Positions 1 to 19,350 of a stretch of DNA of 64,000 bases are shown here, piece after piece (position 1 is the stretch's first letter; every line of letters starts with the position of its first letter). The stretch spans positions 2,432,677-2,496,676 of the forward strand of contig CM119271.1 in the NCBI GenBank assembly GCA_051294375.1, given 5' to 3'. The position numbers and the translations under genes are program-made. The DNA comes from Paraspadella gotoi (lineage: Eukaryota; Animalia; Chaetognatha). Under the pieces are notes generated by a model. It was not told the DNA's origin, made no database searches, and saw nothing but the letters and a program-made list of their open reading frames with translations.

Positions 1-489
1 AAGGGTAAGAAACGGATAAAGTATTGAAAAGGGATTAAGGGAGAAAAGAAACGGTTTTAAAAAAAAAAGTATTAATGACTTTCGCTCCAATAAATCAACG
101 GAAAGAAGTATAAAAAAAAAAAAGAAAGAAAAAAGAAAGAAAAATGAAGAGAGGGTTACTAAGAAACTTTCGGGTCGTCAAACCCGAAATTCTGCGCAAA
201 GTCGCTGTTAATCCGCTGTGATTTTTCACACATATGACATGTCATGGCCACGCCCATCGTAAAGACGACGACGACGACGATGACGACGACGATGATGACG
301 ACGTCAAAGAACTGACCTTTTGCTCTCAAACGAAGAAGAGCGTGGATTTGAAGTGTCTCTAAAAGTAATTCAAATAAATGTAGTTTATTTTTTTAAAGTC
401 GTATATAAGTTCTGAAAATATAAAATATTCGAATGTGATACAAAGCGCATATTTTAAAATTCAAAATCGATTGTTTTTATTTTTTGTCA

Positions 490-497
490 CTCTCTCA

Positions 498-528
<31 letters not shown>

Positions 529-587
529 ACTTCTCTCTCCTCTCACTCACTCTCTCTCTTCTCTCTCTCCTCTCTCTCTCCTCTCAC

Positions 588-618
<31 letters not shown>

Positions 619-754
619 TCTCTCTTCACTCTCTCTCTCTCTCTCTCACTCTCTCTCTCTTCTCTCTCTCTCTCTCTCTCACTCTCTCTCTCTCTCTCTC
701 TCTCTCACCTCCTTCCCTCACTCTTCTGCTCACCTTCTCCCCTCTCTTCTCCTA

Positions 755-792
<38 letters not shown>

Positions 793-957
793 GTCTAATT
801 GGCCTCTCCGCGGTGAATACCTCATTCTATATTCCGGTAGTAAAGATTTCGCCGATGAAATGTTTTGAGCTTTCTCTGTCTCTCTCTACCTCTCTGTCTC
901 TCTCTATCTTTATGACGCTTTCTAAACTTCTCAGTCCCTTTTTTTCCTTTTCGTCTT

Positions 958-1021
<64 letters not shown>

Positions 1022-1057
1022 CTCTCCGTCTCTTTTACCTCTCTCTCTCTCTCTCTC

Positions 1058-1130
<73 letters not shown>
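490..1130. repeat. (CT)n microsatellite field
   Basis: Long interrupted CT runs; they generate the spurious SL/ER-rich ORFs. Confidence 0.95.
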
Positions 1131-1134
<4 letters not shown>

Positions 1135-1182
1135 CGTACTCCACCTCCGCCAACCTCTATTTCTTCCCCCCCCCTCAACCAG

Positions 1183-6659
<5,477 letters not shown>

Positions 6660-8356
6660 CGAGGCGTCGTCTTTGTCCTTTCTTCCTTCTTGATCGGTGA
6701 TAAAAGATTGTGATAAAAGAAAATGTTAATATTATTAGTCTCGTTTATTAGTTAAGTTCATGTTTTCTTTTTTGGTGATTGTACGGATGAAATATATATG
6801 AAGTATATGAAATAGGTATATGAATTGCGCATATGAAATCCCTTCCATAAAGTCCTGCACCTTAATAATTTTTAACGTTATTTACTAATGCTATTACCTT
6901 CGCGTTACTGTCGTAAACATCAAATAGTTCGAATAGTCTACCTATTTTTCTTAAACGTCAATAGGCCTCAAAATATGTTAGTTTGTAAAAGGTGTGCGCT
7001 TTACTGGACCTCATTAAAATTAATAAGACTGTTAAATTTGATCTAAAAGCCTTAATATAATGTGTTTTTTTTTAGCCCAGAAGATAAAGATAAAATAAAA
7101 GAAACAAAACAAAAATGCTGCCAGTCTTTCGCATCGGGGGGACGAAACATCAAGGGAAATGGATAAAAAATGATGCGGAAAAATTTGCGAGGGAAAAAAT
7201 AACTAAAAAAAATAAACTAAAAATAAAAACAAAGAAAAAAAGAGGGAAAAAAACGTTCAAAGGTAGAAAAAGAAACAAACAGAAAACAATCACCAAAAAA
7301 AAACTCTAAAAATAGTTTCTGGTCCAACCTCCTCAACGAATACGGAACACCCAAAGGAAAAACTGTCTAACGGCGAGTGTTCCTTTGTTTGCTCGGGTCA
7401 GAAAAAGCGACGGATAAATTAAGAACCGTTGGCTCCACCTTTGTTTTCTAAAAGGAATTATTTGAGTCAGGGTTATGGGTGGTTAGGGTTAAGAGGGTTT
7501 AATTTTTTTTAAATTTTTTTTGTTAAAAATAAGTATTTTTAAATAGTTTTTTCAAAAGACGCCAAAACCGCGGTCGACGAAAGTGAAATTTAGACACGAG
7601 AGCTGAATTTATCTCAATATTTATGCTTTAAAATGTTTTTTTTTTCTATCATGAATTTAGAATGAAGAAAGAATTATAAGAATTAATAATTTCAAAAAAA
7701 CTCACTAAGTGACTTGAGACTTTTTTTCTGAAAAGAAACACGCATGGTTTATTTCTTTCTTTTTGTTTTTGAGAAAAAAGTAACTCGTATGTTTTTTTGT
7801 TGTTTTTTTTTTTTTTTTTAATTACGCGAAACGTAAAAAGAGAAAACCATCACCATTTGTCTTTTTGTTGTGCACCAGGCTCGGAACCTCACTCGTCAGC
7901 GAGGAAAAGCCGGAGGTCGGGAGAACAATAAAAAAGTAAGTTACGCGTTTTTTTTGTTTTTTTTTTCCATTTAGCGCGAGGAAAAAGAAAAAGTTCTTGT
8001 TTCCTTTGTTTTACTTTTGGTGGCATAAAAGCGACACACTATGTAGTCTATGTATAATGAAACTTATTGCTTATCAAAAGGATTTTATTCAATGCCCCAA
8101 AAATGGGTTATAAAGGATATTAAACAATGTATAAAAATCTAGCGAGGTATACAATCTTCATGGGAGAGTTAATCTTCTACGAGGAAAAGGTCGCGTCACC
8201 GCCGTTCACGCGATCGTCAACTTCACGAGTAACGAACTCTCACGAGATCTCACCTAGTGACATCTGGTGTCGCCTTAAGAGTTTCTCAACTTTTTTGCAC
8301 TCCCGCTTTCTCCAGTTTGTCTCAATATAAAGCTTGTGAACACCCTCATTCTCTGG

Positions 8357-8388
<32 letters not shown>

Positions 8389-8486
8389 CTCTCTCGCTAT
8401 CGCTCTTTTCTTCATTTTCATTTCTTTTTCCTCTCTATCACTGTCTTTGTCTTTGTCTTTCTCTTTTTTTCTTTGTTCTTTTTTCT

Positions 8487-8526
<40 letters not shown>

Positions 8527-10255
8527 ATCCTTTTTTTTTATCATTCCCCCTCCCTCTCGCTCTCTAGCCGCCCAAAAGAAAAAAAAACCCCAACGACCAG
8601 AAGCGCAAACACTATTATTCCTTCATCCGTCGGAAAATCCCATCGCGGTCACGTGCCAATCTCGACTCGGTCACGTGTCTACTTCGTATCCCTCTAGTGC
8701 GAAACACGTGATCTTTTTAACTAAAAATACTACTGCAAAACATTAAAATTCAAAATTTTGAACATCGGACTTTTGAGAAAAAAAATATAATATTTCCTTT
8801 ACCGTTTTTTATGCTCAATGATTTTCGTGATTTCATTAATCTTTTTTTGTATCCACTGCGCCGTGCTAAAAATGTAATAGCGATTTTCTATCGTAAATAC
8901 ATGTTCGTTTATTGTTACCCATGTATTTCTGTTTCCATCTTTTCGCCTCTAGACGATAGATTGTTTTTATCATCTCGTTCTTTAGTTGACGTTATTTTTT
9001 TAAACAAGAATATTACATACATAATTATATTCAGTCCTCTACCTAACAGTCTTAGTTGCAGTGTTTTTTTTTTTTTTTAAATAAAACATCGCGTATGAAA
9101 AAACCGCGGTGTCCTTTTGTTTTCGCGAAAGCGACGTCTGTCGAGAAATAAATGAGCGAAACCGAAATTGGTTTTCCTTATTATTTGTTTGCTGCGAAGA
9201 CAGAGCAACCGACGGAAAGCAATTAGCGGGTAACAATCGAGCTAAGGATTAATTGTATTTGCGGAAATAAAAAAAAAATAAGCGGGAAGTCGAATCTTCG
9301 TAGCGAGAAAATGAAAAGCACGCGCTCAGACGCGTGAGAAATGAAGGGGCTTTGTCAGAGAGTCGAGATTGTTAGAGAGTGTGGAAGCGTTAGAGAGTGA
9401 GAAAGTGAGCGGGACAATTTTTAAATTAAAGGGACAAGAGAAGTAATAATGTCGAGGCAACGCACCAGGCCATCCCAAAAATTAACCTTCAAATAATTTA
9501 GGAGTGAGGTAACAACAACACGCGACCTTATCAGATCAAGAACGCTCTCTCTTTCTCTCTCAATCTCTGACCGGTCACCACGGTCACCAATGGTCATCAG
9601 TGACTTTCCCCCGGCTGTCCTCAGCCGGCTCCTTGTAAAGTTATTGTTTACTGTTTTAGACTTAGCATTTTCCGTTGTGGAATTTTGTATTTGTTGTCGG
9701 AGAATAAATTCATTCTCGATCTGAACCTCGTCCCGTTTATTTGCCACAGGAGTATAAAAAAAAAATTAAAAAATATAAATTAATCCCTAATGCCTCTGAC
9801 CATAAAAGCTGGAAGACGGAAATCGAACTTTGTACATACATGAAATTTCACATAACCGAGGGAGTAGGCCATGAGGCATGCGACTACGCACATTAAACAA
9901 AGAATCGAGATTAGTTTATTCCCGACTGAGATATATTTTTACGAATGAAAGAACAAAGTATTAAGTACAATGATTTAATTATGGTTAAATAATTTAATAA
10001 TGATTTAATAATTTAATTCTTAGAAGGCAGCGAAACCCAAGATTCCTTGTCCTTGTCGTAAAGTCTCCGTTCACCGATGGTCGTTCGCCGTTTGCTGTTT
10101 GCCGTTCGCCATATGCCGGTTGCCATTTGCCGTTTATCCGTCGCCTACCTACAAATTTTCTGCCAAAGAAAATCACAATTAGTAACAAAAAAATTATTGA
10201 ATTTTTGTTACAAAAAATATGGGAAGAGACGTAAACGACGACCGTGTCCAAATTC

Positions 10256-10332
10256 CAGCTCATCAAAGCTGGGCTGTGATATGATATTGGTTAAGAAGGG
10301 ACGGCAACACATCACAGCCACTTTGTGAGAGG
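10256..10332 (-). ncRNA. mir-2: pre-miR-2 family hairpin (copy A)
   Basis: Minus strand 10281-10258 = UAUCACAGCCCAGCUUUGAUGAGC, canonical miR-2 (UAUCACAGCCAGCUUUGAUGAGC) plus one C. It lies on the 3' arm; the 5' arm CUCACAAAGUGGCUGUGAUGUG pairs with it. Confidence 0.9.
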
Positions 10333-10459
10333 GCATTGGTTAACTCGCCATAAGACGTCCCATTGTGACGTCTTTCAATTGTTTATTTTCCAATTTGTAA
10401 TCGTTTTTATTTATTTTTTTTATTTTTCTCTTGATGAAAGGTGTCGTGGTTAGCAGCCT

Positions 10460-10523
10460 AAGCTAATCAAAGCAGGCTGTGATATGAAATTTAAGAAACA
10501 TGTCACAACCTCTTTGACCGATT
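10460..10523 (-). ncRNA. mir-2: pre-miR-2 family hairpin (copy B)
   Basis: Minus strand 10484-10462 = UAUCACAGCCUGCUUUGAUUAGC (seed AUCACAG). The 5' arm GGUCAAAGAGGUUGUGACAUG pairs using G-U wobbles that only work on the minus strand. Confidence 0.88.
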
Positions 10524-12064
10524 CGGTATCTGCATGATATAAATTTCGGCGAATATTTTTTTTTTGGTAGTTGTGTTCGCGAAGCAGTAGTTTTTAAGTT
10601 GATTTGCATATACGTACGGTTTTTTTTTTTCTGAAAAGAAAAAGGAAAACAACAATGTTACTCATTCTGAAGAATTAGATGTCAAGCAATTGTATGGTCA
10701 ACATTGAAACAAAATAAAAAATACAAAAATGAAAATGAAAGCAAAGAGCTTACATGTCAAATAGAAGCGAGCAGAGAATTTTTAATTTTGTTTCGAGTAT
10801 TTTAATGTTCTTGGAACATTATAGGAAAGATGCTATTAGAGGAGAGATTAATACGGACGTATATTTTTTGCAATGAGCGATGTTCTTATATTGCGAGATA
10901 CATTGTAGAGTACCAACGCAAGGGAGAAGCAGCCGTTCGAATAAACTTCATCGACAACAAAAGAGCATCGTTACCTTTTCGACACGAAATGTTTGAGAAA
11001 AAAACGATCGCCCGAAAGAAAAGAAAGGCTTGGCATGAGAGCGCTCATGCGATTTAAGGCTTGAGGAAATATATTGGAAGACACGTGGATGAATATTACA
11101 TTCAAAAGTAGAATAAATTATAAAATCAAAAGATTTTTTATAAATGGTAAAAAGTAGATAAATATGGGAATTCTTTGATAAAAAGAAATTTCGAATATAA
11201 AAACAAAAAGTAAAGATAATAAAAATTTATTTAAATAAAGTTTTAAATACATTATTTTAATTTAAAAATTGTTTTCCGTTCACACAAAATTTTAGGATTA
11301 AATTAATTAATCGGTTAAAAAGCTACCAAAAGAAAAAAAAATTATGAATGCTTTCATGGAATAATTAACAAGTAAAATTTAATTAATAATTGTCATAAGC
11401 AATCAATAAAAAAATACATTCAAAATGTAAAATTATTGATAAGGATGTTAGTAAAGCATCCTAATAAAAACGTTTTAATCCAAAAGATTAAGATATTCTT
11501 TCTCTGACTGCGAATTTGATTTGACAAAAAAGTCAAGGAAAAGAAAGAGCGTTTGACAATTCGCCGTCGGCGGCGCCTTATTAAACCTAAGAGCTCTGAC
11601 GTCTTTTGTTTATTATTTCTTTGTTTTTTCTTGACGATTTAAATTCCGATGCTTTGAAAAAAAAAAAAAAAAAAAATCGAGTAGAGATCAAAAAAGCTTC
11701 TTTTTATAATTTCAGGAATAAAAAATAACAAAATAAAAAAAAGATGAATCAAATGCTTCGAGTGTTAATAAAATAGTAGCCGTGCAAAAATCATATGTAC
11801 GCGTTACGTCCGTTGATTATCTTTCAAAAAAAAAATCACTGTTGCTGTACAAGATTCGGCTTTCAAAGACTCACTCTATCTCAATCTCACCCATCCTTTA
11901 TCTCTTTCTCTCTGAGTTACCTCTCGCTACCCCCGCCCTCATAGAGAGAGAGAGAGAGAGAGAGATAACGCGGAGGAGAAGGTTGAACTTCGAACGAGGT
12001 TTTTCAGGATTTTTTTAAAATCTAACCAGTTCTTTTAAAAAGCTCTCAGTCTCTCTCTCTCTCG

Positions 12065-12130
<66 letters not shown>

Positions 12131-14071
12131 CCCTCCTGACATGATCCTTGACGCCCTGTATCCAATGATGAAGCTTCAAATTTTTTCCTCTAAAAAAGTC
12201 CAATCATGCGATTTCGTCGATTGAATTTAAAAAAAAAAAAAACTATATTTTCCACGACGTTCGTTCCTTTTCCCCTCTTTCCTCTTCATTTATCACATTC
12301 AAATTAATATTTATTCGGATCATTAATTTCGATCGAACGAAAAGGAAAAGTGAGACGGAGGCTTCGGGAGATTTGCATTCAGTGTACAATAACAAATAAT
12401 TTGGCGAATCGAACGGAGAGATAGAAATGAAACCCAAGGATCGAAAAGTATCATCGGAATCATCCATCTCAATCATCCCAATCACGAACGATCTACATTT
12501 GAATGAAAAAAAAAATGTTTGTTTGACGTCTCGAGATAATTAGATAAAAAAAGTTAACTTTAGTAAAGTTGAATCGCGAAAAACAATCCTGAAATCTCTT
12601 TTTAAATCCCCCCCCCCTTTTAATTGAAACCAGAAATTCCATCGTAAAATTTATAAAGAGTAAAAAAGCATTATGAAAGAAAAAAAGGATCGTATTTACG
12701 AGGAAGAGCCCTCCAGCGGAGGAAACCGCCGAAGGAAATCAGGGTAAAGAACAAAAGGCTCTGGCGAAAATAAAACGGCGGGTCTTTTTTTTTTCGACAA
12801 CCCATAACTCAACAAACGAGTTTTTTTGGACGTTCATTATTTGATTCTGACGAAATTTGCAGCAGCTTAGACGAAGTCATTCAAAAAAGGAAAGGCAAGA
12901 TGAAATTTATTTAATGTTTTACATCTCGAGTAATTCCAAAGACCCGACAGGGGTTTTCAAAAGTGTAAAAATATGGAAAAAAAATTGTCCAGTTTCTTCT
13001 TAGCTAAAAGAAAAAACAATTTGTGGAATGGATAGTTTAAGGTCAATGTTTATTCCCTTTAAGATCTTCTAAATAACAAAAAAAAATATAATTACTTTCA
13101 AAAAATATCTTAGGGCCAATTTTTAATTGTAACAGGTAAGATTTTTGAAAAGAACGATGGTTATCAAGAGTTCGTTGCCTTTTTGGGGGAAAAAATTATC
13201 GGGCCGAAAAAACGTGTGTTGGCTTTTCTCGAATCCACGTGGTTTTCGGGTTCAAAAACTTTCGATGAAGATTTTAATTCTTTTTCTCTTGAAATTAGTC
13301 GATTTGGGTCGAAGGAATTTATAGTTTACGAGTTATACGGAGAAGAAAATAAAAGATATACGTATGTAAAGTCGATCCTTTACAGTTAAATAAATTTAGA
13401 CTTTAGTAAAGAGTTTCAAAATGAATGAAAAATCAAAAGTTTTCGGCGACTTAAAAGTTAAATAAAAATAAAGCAAAATAGAATGGGTAATAATCGAGAA
13501 AAAACGAAAAAGACAAATACGAAGCAACCAATAGACTAAGAGATGAAATGATAAAAATACTACATTTTAATTATCTAGCCTAGATAATTAAAATAATTAA
13601 AATTCTAGGATAGACATAGAATATCAGAATGATGGGCAACGAATGAAATAAAATGTGCGACTCATGACGTAGAGATGACAGGAGATTTACACAATACACT
13701 TGACATTGCTCCAAAAAAAAATGACAACGAAGAAAATGGACATGACATGAAAACCTAAAAGTACTCTCGAATTCCCCCCCCCCCCTTTTCGAAAAAACAA
13801 AGAGATCGTAGAGGAATTAAGACAAAAAGGTAAGAAAATCAATACAACGATTTGGGAAAAAGACGTCGACGACAACGTTGAAAGATGACGACGAAAAAGA
13901 CGACGAAAAACATACGATAACAACAACGACAAGGACAAAATCGACAAAGACAAGCGAAGCGAAGATCCCCCCCCCAAAAAAATGGCCGATGAGTGAGTTG
14001 GTCGGTGAGTCCGATAACGACGACGAACTTTAAGCCTTTCGTTCCAACTCATCCGCCATTTTTTTTTTTTT

Positions 14072-14096
14072 NNNNNNNNNNNNNNNNNNNNNNNNN
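14072..14096. other. Assembly gap (N run)
   Basis: Run of N. Confidence 1.
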
Positions 14097-15419
14097 AAAA
14101 AGAGAGAGATTTCTTCTCGTCTCTTCTTCTCGTCGCAATTCAAAAGTCTTCTGTCAAAAAAAAGTAACACGAATTAAGTTTTTTCTTTTTTCATTTCTTT
14201 CAGGACCCAAGAATAAAAACGAGATTAAAAGAAAGCAAAAAAAAAAAAAGAAGCTGAAAAAGTTCAAAAAGAATTCGATTAAAAAAAAAAAAAAAAAGAC
14301 GAAATACACGTAATTATTATCCTCGCTACTTTTTTTCTTCTCCTTTTTTTTCTCTGTAGAAAAAACAGTTTTTTTCGGTTTTTAAAATTCTCAAACAAAC
14401 TCGAATGAAAAAAAAAGCGCTGCAGCTTTACATATTCCATAACGATGTTCACTATTCACCTTTACATTTTTTATCCGGCGATTAACATAATATTTAAGGC
14501 TCCATCTTACTGTGTATAATCATTGTATAATCTATTTTCACAGCAAAAGGATAAAAAGTATTGACGTCGTGTGAGTTTTTTTCCCCAAAAGCTTTTGATG
14601 CAAGTTTATAAATTTTTTACGTCATTAAATGTTTTTTTTTTTTTCTTTGACAAAATATTTCCAGCAACGACGCAGAGATTTTTTTTTAAAAATCGATGGC
14701 CGTGTTCCACTTTTTATTTTTAAAAAAAAATGACTCGTCGGGAAGCCAAAAAAAAGTCCTGGGGGAATATAAAATAAAACCGCCGAATTAGTTAAAAACC
14801 GATAAAACTTGAACAATAAGTTTTCGGCCGGTTTTATGAAACAGAGAGACTGAACAATGAGAAGATATCAAAAATAAAAACCAGGTAAACGTTTTAAAAA
14901 TTAAATTAAAAACCTGGACGGATTAAACATTTTTAAAAATCTTTTAATGTCGATTCGAAATAAAAAAAGATCTGAAGCAGAGAATCAAATTCATCTCCAA
15001 AATTCTTGGCTTCCACGTAAGGGAAGGGAAGAAGAAGGAAAGAAAGAATTAGAGTTGATTCGGATCAAAAGATTTCGACTCCAGGAGATTTAGAGTTGAC
15101 ATCGATCGTAACGAGGGAGAAACGATTTCATTTCGCGAAAAAAAAAGAGGACGAAACGAAATCGGTAATATGTAACAAACCATGTTACGTAATTCGGCAA
15201 ATTTGTGGCTTCCGAATATTATGCGAAAGATGACGTGGAGAAAATAGGATTATGATAATGTCAAAAAACAAATCCCTAACGCGACAGAGATGGTAACAGT
15301 TGTTAAAAATGGCATCGACTGCAAATACGGCTACGACGAAGGGATAAGATGGCGTCTCGGCGACGCGAGCAAAGGGCGCGGATCGATGGAGACTTTTCGA
15401 GACAATTTCTATGGCAGAA

Positions 15420-15739
15420 NNNNNNNNNNNNNNNNNNNNNNNNNNNNNNNNNNNNNNNNNNNNNNNNNNNNNNNNNNNNNNNNNNNNNNNNNNNNNNNNN
15501 NNNNNNNNNNNNNNNNNNNNNNNNNNNNNNNNNNNNNNNNNNNNNNNNNNNNNNNNNNNNNNNNNNNNNNNNNNNNNNNNNNNNNNNNNNNNNNNNNNNN
15601 NNNNNNNNNNNNNNNNNNNNNNNNNNNNNNNNNNNNNNNNNNNNNNNNNNNNNNNNNNNNNNNNNNNNNNNNNNNNNNNNNNNNNNNNNNNNNNNNNNNN
15701 NNNNNNNNNNNNNNNNNNNNNNNNNNNNNNNNNNNNNNN
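15420..15739. other. Assembly gap (N run)
   Basis: Run of N adjacent to a GA microsatellite. Confidence 1.
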
Positions 15740-15851
15740 AGAGAGAGAGAGAAGGGGTTTGCAGATGCTGTTCCACATTCCGCTCGGCTGACAATTAGCG
15801 CACAGAGTTTCGCGTCCTTCTGTCTAATAAAGAACCGAGAGGGGGCATCGA

Positions 15852-15896
<45 letters not shown>

Positions 15897-18800
15897 ATCC
15901 GTTGTCAACAACAACTAGTGGCGACGCTGTCAACTATCCAAATACAAGCTAGAAGATATCAAACAATCACGAAGACAATCACTGCAATGAGAACGGTAGC
16001 AGTAAATGCAACGAAACGAGCAACGACGACGACGAAGACGACGACGACGACGACGACTCCTCCAACAGATTGGACGCGACGCTCGGAGCGAAATATTCAG
16101 TCTTTCGCGAGGGTGTAAAAAATAAAAGTCATTTCGTTTTTAAACGCGACGTGTCTTTTGTTTTTATCCTTTTCGATTCGTTTTGTTTTATTTTTCCCCA
16201 GAGTCGGTAGGGGGACGTTAGACGGGGCGAGAGATTGAAAGTCATTGTGATTAGCGGCGCCAGCGACTTTTTCATCGCAAAGAGTTGGAAGGAGAACAAA
16301 AAAAGGGGACGACTATGGGAATACGAGAGAATATAATGAAAAAGAGAGAAAGATCAGATGAGATGGAGATGTAGTCTTGCGACGAGGGGAGTGGGAACAC
16401 ACTGACACAGCTCTGATCGAAGCGGATTATTATTATATTCTGTTGTGTGGTCACGATTTAAGCGTTACCAGTTAGGCAAGATTCACATTCAAAAAGAGAA
16501 ATTTCTTGGACGTTTCTTGACACGAAGCTACAACCCTGTTTGTGACAGTTGTATCAATCAAACGGGTTATAACGCCAATCAACAGGGGCAAATCAATAAT
16601 AGATCTCGGTTTACCCGAAGCTCGACCAAAAAAAGGTCATCATTCATTCATTTTTTCCCCCCGTCATTTCAAAAACTTTCACACACAAATTTGTTTCTCA
16701 TCCAAGATATGGAATGCGATGATTTCCGGCTGTAGTTATGTGAATTTCTTTTACGAAATTGGTCGATTTATTAAGAACTTTTGGTAATTGTATAAGATAT
16801 ATCGATAGTTAAATTTTTTTTCAAGTTTAAAGTTTTTAAAGTTTTTTTTTCTCCCGACCTAAAAGCTTCGATCTTCAGGTCCTGTTGTTCGACTTCTCCG
16901 GTCGCTCAGCAGCGCCGTTGTCACCGCCGCCGGCGCCGCAGCGGCCGCTTCTTTCCTTTTGTTTGTTTGTTCACAAATTTTTTTTCCCCCGAAATTTTTT
17001 TTTCCTCCGCCGATGAAGCTAAGGCAGTTTTTTTTTAAGCCCCGCTCTCTCTCTCTCTCTTACTCTTTTTTTTTTTTAAATTTGAGTTGAAGCTGAGGGG
17101 GGAGCGAATGAGGGCTAAAAAAAGGGGGGAAAAAAGAGCGAGAGAGAGAAAGCTAGAGACAAAGCTATTCACATAAAAAACCCTTTTTTTTATAATTGAA
17201 GCAGAGAGAGGAAGAGTGGAAGAGGAGAACGACTAGGTCTTTGAAAAGTCGCGATAGTGAATGAGCTCTTTTTGAATTTGCATAGTTTGACAGTTAGGGG
17301 AAAGAGAGATGAAATCCAAGCTACCCCATTTCCATACATGAACAATCATGATGATGGTAACGATTTTCACAAGAAGCGAAGCTTGGTATCTTGGAAGCAT
17401 GTGAATAATTGTGAATATATTTTATCATAAAGTTAAAATATTTTTATTTCTTAGCCTTGAGAGCAAAGATATTTAAAATAATATATATCCAGTTTTTGCT
17501 TTAGCAGGATAGTATAAAAATTGAAAAAAAAAGTAGACTTAACTAAACGTCTAAAGCGATTAAATACAAAAAAAAATCGTTTCTCGCAGTTATTTTCCCA
17601 CGGATTATTAAACTAATGACTAATAAAATCATTACGTTGTAATATACTATATGGAACAACCAATTGAGAGCGTTCGCCAAATTAAGGGCGAAGTTTACTA
17701 ATAAAATCAAAACGTGTGACTTTAAATTGAGGCTCGGTCATACAATTACAAAAGGCACAAATAGGCAAAAACTCGTCTGCTTGACGGAGTAATAATTAGA
17801 TGAGTAAATTCTCATCAGGGATGTAAGGTATTTACTCAATCAGAATGTCATGGAATCGATCACTGAAAGTTATTGTTCACAAAACGCACACGTCTTTATT
17901 TCAAATAGTTGACTGAAGGAGTCTGCATAAGTAAATAAGGTTTCGCTCGTGCAGAGAACAAGTGAGGTTAATAAAAAAATACTGATCATAGGGAACGGTT
18001 GGTGCTCTTTAGTCTTTAGGAATAATAGGAAATTAGTTAAAAAACAACTCTCGAGAAAATACTTTGTTTAGGAATTCTCCCCCCCCCCCCCCGAGTTTTT
18101 GGAAAGATTTTGAGAAGGAAGACCAAAACACGGGGTCGATGGCCAGATTAAGATTATTATTATTAACGAGACGGCGAGCGGTAGGTGTAGTGAGGCGGTT
18201 GTTAATTTACCACCGCAACGATAATCCCAGATAGTTGTTTTTTTTTTCGCCAAAGTAAGGAGCAAGAACGCGGCGCCCTTTATTCGAGCCGTAAACTATT
18301 CGTAAAGGTGCGCAAGTTTTTGTCACAAAAAAAAAAATCCGTTTTCGACGCGTCAAAAAGTTTTCACTCAGGATATGGCTTGGTTGTCATAAAGGCCGCC
18401 ATCTTTTTCCGATACGCAAAAAAAATCGTAGCCAACAAATACATATTCGCGCCTTCGCTCATTCGCGAAGGGAAAAAAAAGAATTCAGAAAAACTACGAA
18501 GAGGATTTTTTATTCATTGAGCGTCGATAGTTTTTTTCTCCCTCCTCCAACCGCGCGCCTTCAATTGCCCAATGCTTCTATGAATGTATGTGTGTGTGTG
18601 AGAGAGAGATTGAGATGAGAGAGCAGAGAGAGAGAGAGAGGGATAGAGAGAGGAGAGAGAGAGAAAATTCGACCAGCCCCATTTTAGATATTCGAAAAAA
18701 AAAAAAAAAAAATTCGACGAAGCAAACCGGTCGAAGCGGCGAGCTTCTTTGTCTCGATCCAGATTCGCTCGTTCGAAAAATTTTGACGTTGGATTGAAAA

Positions 18801-19350
18801 AAAAAAATCGAGGCGAGCGAGAAAGACAAGAGAGCGGGCCAATTTTTCTATTCCTCTCTCTCTCTCTCTCGCTCCCCCCTTCTTTTCATAAAATGAACCA
18901 AAGGAGCTTCATTCATTTCCCGACGGCTTTCAGCGCGAGCAGAGTTTTGTTAAGAGGAAGGCAGATGGCGCTTTGCAGTGAGGGAGAGAAAAGGTAATGG
19001 ATTTTGTTTATTAGAGGAAAGGGAATAAAATGGTTTGAAAAAAGCGAAACTGCTATAATTCGATTGTTCGGATATTAATTAGTAAGTTTTTCACCAATCA
19101 ATCAACTATGTAATGCAATAAACCATGTCTGAAAACAATCTAACCTATTTTAATCAGTTTCTAGACTAATTTTTTTGGCTCCTAAAAATAAAAAATCTTG
19201 CGTCAAAACAATTTTTTTTATTGCCGAATATAATGAGGCAAAGAAAAAAGCGTAGGATGGCGAGACGGAGCAACTAAGATCATTTTTTTGTGGTTTTTGT
19301 AAAAGCATACTGAGATTGCATACAGATGCATTATAAAAAAAAAGAACTAC

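Noticed and set aside
9421-9747. 108-aa minus-strand ORF in the gene desert
   Set aside because: Non-ATG start, includes GA repeat, no motif or partner exons.
10356-10377. Minus-strand UGAAAGACGUCACAAUGGGACG with the miR-71 seed, between the two miR-2 hairpins
   Set aside because: No complementary 3' arm; it folds only on itself as an 8-bp stem, and the body differs from miR-71. At most a relic.
14504-14552. catcttactg resembling miR-8/200 star
   Set aside because: No UAAUACUG mature arm and poor pairing.
15185-15952. Long ORFs with X runs and poly-Ala
   Set aside because: They are open only because of the N gap and a (GCG)n repeat; no recognisable protein.
17800-17841. tgagtaaat/atttactca hairpin faintly resembling miR-12
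   Set aside because: Seed mismatch; arms and loop too short for a pre-miRNA.
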